Assembly (NCBI GenBank): GCA_965207065.1
Contig: OZ242260.1
Coordinates: 2,816,001 to 2,880,000, forward strand
DNA from: a bacterium
GTDB taxonomy: Bacteria > UBA8248
Reading direction: 5' to 3'
Length of the DNA: 64,000 bases
In this document: positions 31,101 through 37,969 of the stretch, piece by piece
Numbering within the stretch: position 1 is the stretch's first letter
Layout of the letters: every line of letters begins with the position of its first letter
The notes under the pieces: model-generated
The model's database searches: none
What the model was told of the DNA's origin: nothing
Seen by the model: only the letters and a program-made list of their open reading frames with translations
Position numbers and translations under genes: made by a program

Positions 31101-31371
31101 GATTGTTCTAACGACAATGACGACCGCCGCAGGATTGGGGCCGATGTTGTTCGAGAAAAGTTTTCAGGCGCAATTCTTGATTCCCATGGCGATTAGTCTG
31201 TGTTTCGGGCTGCTTTTCGCCACGGTGATAACGCTTGTTCTGGTTCCTGTAATCTCTTTAATTGGAAACGACTTCGGCCGGTTTTGGTGGCGTATATGGA
31301 CGGGCAAATGGCTTACGAGAGAAGAAGTGGATGTACATTCTCCGCAGAAAGAAGGAGAAATCCACGCCTGA
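28183..31371 (+). CDS. RND efflux permease (AcrB/AcrD/AcrF family)
   Basis: 1062 aa, GILVDDAIVVAEN, VVNDS, R.RAIVLTT. Confidence 0.93.
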   Translation: MKQILAWSARHTVFANLLMVIMIIIGVFAVFQIRSELIPQFALDRVSVKVTWEGASPMEVEEGVCIKIEEALTGVEGVKKITSVAYEGRCEIAAELHAWIKSSRDLMEDIRSEIDRIKTLPEDIERPIVSEVKRILQVIDISLFGNVSEEVLKRKATEIKDELLEMPNISKVVLSGLRDWEISIEVSEEMLRRFGLTFERVGNIIRKNVLELSGGDIRSAERRIRIRTLGKRYTGLEFERLEILTRQDGTILRLGDIARVVDAFEESDKTGRFDGKPAALITVYRTDEEDALSISKAAVGYVKKKREELPEGLDLVHWADTSRLIQDRLDLLMRNGRVGLVLVFFSMWLFLNIRLSFWVAMGIPVSLLTALGFLNFTGGTLNMLSMFAFIMVLGILVDDAIVVAENIYSHMERGKNRVQAAIDGCYEVVLPVIATVVTSIVAFAPLLMVEGTVGKFMAVLPAAIIAALIASLIESLFILPAHLGHWVRSPRSGGISARVRKAIDSAINWLIYRFYAPILKFCLNARYLVISLALVVFMVTVGLAVGGHVRFLFFPKLDSDWVEARILFPPGTPIRQTRNAAQRIEQAAVALDEVFRSKTGEPIVKHIFTTLGEQFGQNRERVAGGSHMAHLIVELLPSEARGISGEEITNRWRENTGKIPDVLSLTFGSGRAGPPGGKPIDVQFYGDDIETLRSVSTEFKRELTKYPGIYDIQDDFRPGKLEFRTSLKPQARVLGVSLDDLGRQLRARFFGLQVLRLQRGRDDVKVKLRYPPEERRSIEDIRKMRVRASSGAEIPFHEVAEVEMVQGLDEIRRVSRARAINVTAEINQGRANPTEVLNDLKANFFPKFLNRQNGVGVRFEGQAKETQESFNSLFRAFALAIAVIFAILATLFRSYFQPIVVMSAIPFGIVGAIWGHIILGYDISILSMFGILALTGVVVNDSLVLLDFANRSIKDGMPIEDALQQAGVARWRAIVLTTMTTAAGLGPMLFEKSFQAQFLIPMAISLCFGLLFATVITLVLVPVISLIGNDFGRFWWRIWTGKWLTREEVDVHSPQKEGEIHA

Positions 31372-31498
31372 TATTATGCTTCATAGTTTTATCGAATGGA
31401 ACTACTTGCGGGAATGTATTTATTCAATTCCCCCAAAAGTTTGCTTTCATTATTGATTGTAATCTCGAATACGAATGAGTTTAGGAGAACAAGATTTT

Positions 31499-32599
31499 AT
31501 GTCCTCAGAATTTGATGTGCGCTACGGTGAAGAGGTAGGAGACAAGATGGAAGCGGTCGTGATGACCGCACCTGAAAATTTGGAAATACAGTCCGTTCCC
31601 GTTCCGGAACCGGGCATCGGGGAAGTGCTCGTGAAAGTGGAATGCACCACGATTTGTGGTACAGACATAGAGATCATCAAAGGCGGTCACCTCCCCAACT
31701 GGCCGCCCCGGCTTCCGGCCATCCTGGGGCATGAATGGTCGGGCAGAATTGTGGCTATGGGCCCGATGACTGAGGGTTTCGGTCTCGGTATGGGTGATGC
31801 CGTGGCTGGGACGAGCCATGCTGGATGCGGTGCCTGTCGCATGTGCCTCATAGGCCGTTATAATCTCTGTTATAATTACGGGAATACAGTCACTGGTCAT
31901 AGGCAGTACGGGCATATCACGCAAGGCTCGTATGCGGAGTATGTCGTCAACAACATACGTGCGTTGCACAAAATGCCCGAGGGAATGTCGCTTGAGTATG
32001 GGTCGGCCGTGGACCCTGCTGCTTGCGGGCTCTGGACGGCGAAGCGTGCTGGCATCAATCCTGGCGATACGGTCGTGATATTGGGTTCCGGACCCATCGG
32101 TGTTTTTGCATATGAATCCGTCAAGGCGATGGGCGCAGGACGCATAATCGTTGTGGGCGGTGGCAGGAGGCTCGAGATTCTAGAGGAACAAGGCGCTGAA
32201 GTTGTCAGTTACCGAGATGGCGGTGTGCCGGAACGGATTGATGAGATGACCCGCGGGAAAAAAGCCAACGTCGTGCTGGAGACGGCTGGAACCACGGATA
32301 GCTTCAAATGGAGTGTGGATTGCGGCGGCAAAGGCGCGCGAGTCGCCATTACCGGCATACCGGACAACATTCCTGATATGGCATGGAAGCGCGTCGTGCT
32401 CGAGGAAATGGATATTTTTGGTGTTCGGGCGAATCCCAACTGTGGAGATGAAGTATTATCACTCATTCAAGCCGGCAGGATGAATGTGGACCCATACATT
32501 ACTCATCGGTTCCCCCTCAGAGAATACCAAGAAGCGCACGATACGTTTGTGGCTCGAAAAGATGGCGCTTTGTTGGTGAACCTGACTCCTGGAGCATAA
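31499..32599 (+). CDS. Zinc-dependent alcohol dehydrogenase (MDR family)
   Basis: ICGTD, GHE, CGACRMC...C, GSGPIG; start could be 31475 or 31547. Confidence 0.92.
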   Translation: MSSEFDVRYGEEVGDKMEAVVMTAPENLEIQSVPVPEPGIGEVLVKVECTTICGTDIEIIKGGHLPNWPPRLPAILGHEWSGRIVAMGPMTEGFGLGMGDAVAGTSHAGCGACRMCLIGRYNLCYNYGNTVTGHRQYGHITQGSYAEYVVNNIRALHKMPEGMSLEYGSAVDPAACGLWTAKRAGINPGDTVVILGSGPIGVFAYESVKAMGAGRIIVVGGGRRLEILEEQGAEVVSYRDGGVPERIDEMTRGKKANVVLETAGTTDSFKWSVDCGGKGARVAITGIPDNIPDMAWKRVVLEEMDIFGVRANPNCGDEVLSLIQAGRMNVDPYITHRFPLREYQEAHDTFVARKDGALLVNLTPGA

Positions 32600-32604
32600 C
32601 GACA

Positions 32605-33006
32605 ATGTCTCAAGGCGAGATGAAATATGGCGCGAAGATGATTGCGGAGGCGAAGCTCGAAGCCGTTCCGAATCCATCAATGCAGCGCGATTACGTTGTA
32701 GATTTCACCATTCCCGAATTCACTTGTCTTTGCCCGCTCAGTAATTTTCCCGACTTCGCCACAATTCGCATCAAATACGTTCCTGGTGAAATGATAGTGG
32801 AGTTGAAATCCTTAAAACTCTACATCAATAATTACAGGGACCGGGAAATATTTCATGAACAGGTGGTCAGCACCATCCTTGACGACTTGGTTGAGGTTTG
32901 CGCGCCGAAATGGGTGTGGATTGAAGGGGATTTTAACGTTAGAGGAAATATAAAAACAAAAATTCGAGCCACGCATGGTGTGAGACCACCAGATATTCCG
33001 GAATAG
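32605..33006 (+). CDS. queF: NADPH-dependent 7-cyano-7-deazaguanine reductase
   Basis: PEFTCLCP..PDFATI, VELKSLKLY, FHE. Confidence 0.95.
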   Translation: MSQGEMKYGAKMIAEAKLEAVPNPSMQRDYVVDFTIPEFTCLCPLSNFPDFATIRIKYVPGEMIVELKSLKLYINNYRDREIFHEQVVSTILDDLVEVCAPKWVWIEGDFNVRGNIKTKIRATHGVRPPDIPE

Positions 33007-33105
33007 ACGAATCGCTGATCAACTTGTAACGTTGCTCGGTGCAAAACAACTAACTTATAGTACTTAACATTAAACCCGATGAATTAAGCCATATTTCTCA
33101 ATGAG

Positions 33106-35361
33106 GTGGAAATGACAGACTATAAAGTCGCGGGCATGGGCCTTACACGAATCGATGCACCTGACAAAGTAGCTGGCAGTGCAAAATATGCGGCTGACGT
33201 TCCATCGAGCCGTTCACTCATCGGTCTAGTCTTGGGTAGTCCGCATCCGTATGCGAAAGTACTGAGCGTAGATGCGAGTGAGGCGCGTAAGATACCTGGC
33301 GTCCGGGCAGTCGTGACGCGAGATGACGCCCCCCGCATTCGATTCGGCGCCAACATCAAAGATCAGAGTTGGTTTGCGCAGGATGGCTTTGTTCGATATG
33401 GCGGAGAACCTGTGGCTGCTGTGGCCGCCGAAGATATGGATGCCGCTCAAGCGGCAATTGAATCGATTCAGGTGGACTATGAAGTTTTAGAGCCAGTGGT
33501 AAACGGCTTGGACAGCCGGGCAGGCGAGGGTCTTGCCGTCCACGAAGATTGGCAAGATTTGGGACTTGGCCCGAATGCAGACAAAAACATTATCGCCCGA
33601 TTTGAAAAAGAAATTGGAAATGTCGACGCCGGATACAAAGAGGCGGATCGCATTTTTGAGCACACATTTTCTACACCATTCGTACATGCCGGCTATATTG
33701 AGCCTCACGCTTGCGTTGCCGAGGCAGGTGCAGACGGAAAAGTCACAATCTGGACAACCACGCAGGATGCATGGTCCATCCGGGCGGACGTGGCTGAGGC
33801 GCTTGGCCTCCCGGCAACTCATGTTCGAGTCATTCCTACTGAAATCGGCGGTGGGTTTGGCGCTAAGCTAAAGAGTACTTATGAGCACCTAGCCGCTCTT
33901 TTGGCTTTGAAAACTGACCAGTCTGTGCGCATGGAGATGACGCGCGAGGAAGATCATATCGGGGTGAATCCGAGACACCCGCATTTCATTACGATCCGCA
34001 CAGCGGTGAAGAATGATGGTACATTTGTCGCTCGGGAGCTTGATGTCACGATGGATCATGGCGCCTATGGCCGAGGCGCACCGTTTCAATGCAGTAGCAA
34101 GATGCTGATGGGTTCATGCTCGTATCGTATCCCCAACGTTAGGATTCGTGCTTGTACGGTATATACCAATGGCCCCGTTTGTGGTCCCGTGCGTGCTCCC
34201 AGCGGTCCCCAGTACCACTTTGCCACTGAAGTGCAGATGGACATCATCGCGCGCGAGATGGGGATTGACCCACTCGAGATAAGGCGAATTAATTCCCTTC
34301 GGCCTGGAGATGAGACGCTGGCTGGGAAGGAGCCGGCTCCGTCCATGCGTAGTGTGCTTGACTCAACTGCCGTGGAAGGCATGTGGGGAAAGAAAATTGA
34401 GGCTAACGGAGAGCTCGAGGGAGATGGCTGGAAGCTCGGCCGCGGCATAGCTTGCGGATATTGGCCGGGTCCTGGGGAGGCGTCTAGTTGCACGGTTCGC
34501 CTGAATCAAGACGGCACCGTACAAGTGGTAGCGGGAACGGTGAACCTTACGGGTATGAGCACTTCCATATGCCAACTTGCCGCAGAGGAATTGGGCGTTA
34601 GTTTGGATGAAGTGCGGTACACGAACGGAGATACAGATTCGGTTCCCGAATCATCGGCGGCGTCAGGCAGTAAGGCGACGCGCGCGGTTGGAATGGCAAC
34701 TTTGAGTGCCGCCCGTGATTTGCGGAACAAAATCTTGAATGTGGCGAGTATAAAACTCGAAGCCGCTGCGGATGATCTGGTTTTGGAAGATGGACAAGTC
34801 AAAGTGGCTTCAGCGCCCGACCGAGCTATGTCTCTTGCACAGGTGGCCAAGGCGGCGCCTGAAATTCAGGGATTTTTAATCGGACAAGGTGAAAGCGCAA
34901 AGCCTCCCCCATGTCCGATACATACCGGACAGGTGGCGGATGTAGCCGTGAATCCGGAGCTTGGTGAGGTCAGGGTTTTGCGCCTTACATGCGTGCAGGA
35001 CGTGGGATTTGCCATAAACCCATTGTCCGTGGTGGGACAAATTGAAGGCGCCATGCTCCAGGGACTCGGATTGGCCCTCATGGAAGAGCAACCCAGGCGC
35101 CCGGATGGTAATTTGCATGGCGATACCTTCCATGAATATCTGATACCTACCAGCATGGATATGCCTGAATTGAATGCCGTTTTGTATGATAACCCGGCCG
35201 AGGGTACGCCCTATGGGATGCGAGGCGTGGGTGAACCGCCCATTGTGGCGACTGCGGCGGCGATTGTGAATGCCATTCAAGACGCTGTTGGTACACCAGT
35301 TTTCTCATTACCTGTTGGCCCGCATCATATTCGAGAGGCTCTGGCTACGAACAGCGTATAA
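33106..35361 (+). CDS. Xanthine dehydrogenase family molybdopterin-binding subunit
   Basis: RIDAPDKVAG, IGGGFGAK, RAP, GQIEG, GVGEPP. Confidence 0.92.
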   Translation: MEMTDYKVAGMGLTRIDAPDKVAGSAKYAADVPSSRSLIGLVLGSPHPYAKVLSVDASEARKIPGVRAVVTRDDAPRIRFGANIKDQSWFAQDGFVRYGGEPVAAVAAEDMDAAQAAIESIQVDYEVLEPVVNGLDSRAGEGLAVHEDWQDLGLGPNADKNIIARFEKEIGNVDAGYKEADRIFEHTFSTPFVHAGYIEPHACVAEAGADGKVTIWTTTQDAWSIRADVAEALGLPATHVRVIPTEIGGGFGAKLKSTYEHLAALLALKTDQSVRMEMTREEDHIGVNPRHPHFITIRTAVKNDGTFVARELDVTMDHGAYGRGAPFQCSSKMLMGSCSYRIPNVRIRACTVYTNGPVCGPVRAPSGPQYHFATEVQMDIIAREMGIDPLEIRRINSLRPGDETLAGKEPAPSMRSVLDSTAVEGMWGKKIEANGELEGDGWKLGRGIACGYWPGPGEASSCTVRLNQDGTVQVVAGTVNLTGMSTSICQLAAEELGVSLDEVRYTNGDTDSVPESSAASGSKATRAVGMATLSAARDLRNKILNVASIKLEAAADDLVLEDGQVKVASAPDRAMSLAQVAKAAPEIQGFLIGQGESAKPPPCPIHTGQVADVAVNPELGEVRVLRLTCVQDVGFAINPLSVVGQIEGAMLQGLGLALMEEQPRRPDGNLHGDTFHEYLIPTSMDMPELNAVLYDNPAEGTPYGMRGVGEPPIVATAAAIVNAIQDAVGTPVFSLPVGPHHIREALATNSV

Positions 35362-35392
35362 ATCACACCCGATACTTATCAAGGAGAATCCA

Positions 35393-36058
35393 ATGCCTGT
35401 AGACGAAGGAACAAGTTTGCCGGATAGTTTGGGCGTGACCGATGAGATGATGGCATGTCCTTTACCAAGGTTGCCTTTCGTTGATCCTGACAATGTTCCC
35501 GACGAACTCAAGGAAGAACTCGCTCCGCTCTACGATTGGTCGAAACGGATGTGGGGCACTGTCCCACGCTTTTTACAGCTTTTGGGAAATTCACCCCCTA
35601 CTGTGGAAGGATGGATGTTGCTCGACCAGAAGCTCCGTACGAATCGATTGAAAACGGAGTCCGATTACATTCGACTCATGGAACTGGTCATCGTCAAAAC
35701 GGCCATTTTGACAGAGTGCAACAACTGAATCGGGCACAATGTGGAGCTCGGTCGAGCTCTGGGTCTTACGCAGGATCAAATCAACATGTTGGAAGGCGAT
35801 GATTGGAATGAAAGTGATTTGTTCGATGACAAGGAGAAAGCCGTTATCCGTTGGGCGGATGAAGTATCGAAGTTCAGAGCGAAGAACAATGACTTCGCAT
35901 TCAATGAGATGAAAAAATATTTCTCCAATCGGCAGATCGTGGAACTCACTTTTATTTGTGGGATGTGGCATCTTTCGGGAAGACTGGCCGAGGCGCTCCA
36001 CCTGGTTGTGGAACCACCGGGAGGGCGCATCGAATTTCAGGCAGAAGACATGGCGTAA
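35393..36058 (+). CDS. AhpD/carboxymuconolactone decarboxylase-like protein with in-frame TGA (35726-35728), probable selenoprotein (CxxU)
   Basis: Frame continues ECNN-TGA-IGHNVELGRALG; AGGAG RBS; hairpin GAGCTC-GGTC-GAGCTC downstream of the TGA. Confidence 0.82.
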
Positions 36059-36334
36059 ACACAAGCTTCATCGTCAAATACATTTGTTGAGCGATCCTTG
36101 CGTTGTGTCGTTTTGGCTTGATATACGCGTGCGCATACAAATCATCTCCAACATTTGCTCATCTGAAATTCATCTTTCCGGCTTCCATTTTCGTTTTTTC
36201 GACTGACTATTTCATCCGCCCATGATATGAAACATGTTTTGAACAATGCATTTTTATCGGTTGAAAAATAAGGATATATACATAAAAAAAGAATTGCTTT
36301 TTTTGAAGATTTTTGTATACTCACGCGCTTTGTG

Positions 36335-36562
36335 ATGTCGCCTGTGAATAATCCGGGCAAATTCGAATTGAGCCGCCCAATGAATGAGGAAGAAATGCTC
36401 GAGTTCAATGAAAGTGTTGCTGTCTTGGATCAAGAGTTTTTCGCTGAGTCTGGCGATGTTTTGCCAACGGATGTGGACAATGATGTGTCTGATGACGGTG
36501 CAAGTAACGATTTCTCCTTCTTAAGTGACGGCGAAGGAGGCAATGCTCCTGCTGCTTATTAG
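36335..36562 (+). CDS. Small very acidic hypothetical protein
   Basis: ORF rich in D/E, followed by a terminator; start uncertain. Confidence 0.4.
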   Translation: MSPVNNPGKFELSRPMNEEEMLEFNESVAVLDQEFFAESGDVLPTDVDNDVSDDGASNDFSFLSDGEGGNAPAAY

Positions 36563-36586
36563 CATCCAACAGGAGAAAATGATTCA

Positions 36587-36619
36587 GCGCCCGGTTGAGA
36601 TTTCAGCCGGGCGTTTTTT
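36587..36619 (+). terminator. Rho-independent terminator
   Basis: CGCCCGGTTGA-gatt-TCAGCCGGGCG then T7. Confidence 0.75.
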
Positions 36620-36674
36620 GTCCTGAAATATCTGTAATATGGAATTTACTTCATAACTATTGGAAGAAATTGTG

Positions 36675-37520
36675 ATGGCGACAGACGAACTGACGATTCA
36701 TCATGAAGACTTGCGTGGCCGCATTCTCTCAACGGATTCGATGACCTATTTTGACGAAAGGGTTGAAGAACGGGACGTTCTCATTGGAGGCTCTTACGCC
36801 GCACGCATGACGATGGCGTGGGCAATGCGCCTGGGTGCGAGGGCAATCGTTGCCCATGCGGCAGGAGTAGGAAAAGATGACGCGGGTATAAGCGGTCTCC
36901 GGTTGGCCCAGGAATATCATGTGCCTGCATTGGCATGTGAGACAATGTCCGCAAGACTCGCCGTTGGAGTATCCGTTTATGAAGGCGAAGTCGGCCATGC
37001 GAATCAAGTGGCCCAAAGTCTCGGTGTTGAAATCGGTCAATCCATTGCTGAAGCTTCGAAAATTTTGCTCGATGCCGATGTGGGCCGGGAAGTGATTGTG
37101 GAGGAAAGCCTGGATGATAGAATTTATGAGCTAGAGCATTTGCCTGATGGTAACATACGCGCTTCATGGGGAATTCCCGTCCTGCGTTCTATCCAGGAAC
37201 CAAGGCCCCAAGATGTTTTTATCCAAGCCTCGCATTGCGGACTTACTCTCGTACCGCATGTCATGAAGCTTAATTTAAAGGGTGTTATTGCCAATGATGC
37301 AGGACGGGGGAAAGATGACTCCGGCATCGCATCTTTCCCCTACCTGGCGCGGGAGGGGATTGCGGTGGCGGCGGTCGGCGCCATGAGTGCGCGAATTGGT
37401 GATGTGATGAGCACCTGGCAGGAAGGCATTATTTCATGCATGAACGAAGTGGCGGAGAAGCGTGGGGTGCGAGAAGGCATGATGACGCGAGAGGCGGCTA
37501 TCGCAATGCTCAATGCGTAG
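36675..37520 (+). CDS. Hypothetical protein with internally duplicated (D/A)AG.GKDD.GI domain
   Basis: HAAGVGKDDAGI...MSARL and NDAGRGKDDSGI...MSARI halves. Confidence 0.75.
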   Translation: MATDELTIHHEDLRGRILSTDSMTYFDERVEERDVLIGGSYAARMTMAWAMRLGARAIVAHAAGVGKDDAGISGLRLAQEYHVPALACETMSARLAVGVSVYEGEVGHANQVAQSLGVEIGQSIAEASKILLDADVGREVIVEESLDDRIYELEHLPDGNIRASWGIPVLRSIQEPRPQDVFIQASHCGLTLVPHVMKLNLKGVIANDAGRGKDDSGIASFPYLAREGIAVAAVGAMSARIGDVMSTWQEGIISCMNEVAEKRGVREGMMTREAAIAMLNA

Positions 37521-37538
37521 GATTTACCAGAAATTATC

Positions 37539-37614
37539 TGGTGGAGGTGAGGGGATTCGAACCCCTGACCTCGTGGGTGCGATCCACGCGCTCTCCCATC
37601 TGAGCTACACCCCC
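37539..37614 (-). tRNA. tRNA-Ala (CGC)
   Basis: 76 nt, G3:U70 pair, anticodon arm CGTGG-atCGCac-CCACG, GGTTCGAATCC, CCA. Confidence 0.96.
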
Positions 37615-37628
37615 ACAAAAGGAACTTG

Positions 37629-37657
37629 AAGGTAGGCGAAGGAGCTACGGGTGTCAA
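37629..37657 (-). promoter_or_regulatory. sigma70 promoter of tRNA-Ala
   Basis: TTGACA-N17-TACCTT on the minus strand. Confidence 0.65.
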
Positions 37658-37667
37658 GTGAAATAGG

Positions 37668-37960
37668 GAGAGCCGATGAAGAACTCCCCCTAGGAGACTT
37701 CACCGGCTCTCGACCTGCCACAGAGTCCGCCCGTTTCCCCCGCAGCAGGGAGTTGCTTTTGACTAAAGTGGGAGCCAAGGACTCAACCCCTGAGGTATAT
37801 TATCCTTGGCTCCCGATCCTGCTGCAGAGTCCGCCCGTTTCCCCCGCAGCAAGAAAATTCACTGAAATTCCATTTTGGTGAGAGTCGGGGGACAACCCTC
37901 CAAGGATTTTCCCCCGACTCTCGTCCCGTCGCAGAGTCCGCCCGTTTCCCCCACGACGGG
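37668..37960 (-). ncRNA. Tandem array of three two-hairpin structured RNA units, unknown family
   Basis: Invariant 21-nt core at 37721, 37825 and 37932; covarying stems with G-U pairs on the minus strand. Confidence 0.65.
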
Positions 37961-37969
37961 TAAGCTATA

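Noticed and set aside
33040-33100. Possible dif site in the lower-GC zone
   Set aside because: Only a partial TTAACAT match; no convincing XerC/XerD arm pair found by eye
37690-37720. Cobalamin riboswitch (GACCTGCC-like motif near nrdJ)
   Set aside because: It lies downstream of and opposite to nrdJ, and the other B12-element motifs are absent
37668-37960. CRISPR array interpretation of the three repeats
   Set aside because: Intervening sequences are over 80 bp, mutually related and strongly structured; no cas genes are in the window
37668-37960. Three ordinary rho-independent terminators
   Set aside because: No clear U-tracts after the hairpins, and terminators would not explain an invariant 21-nt core
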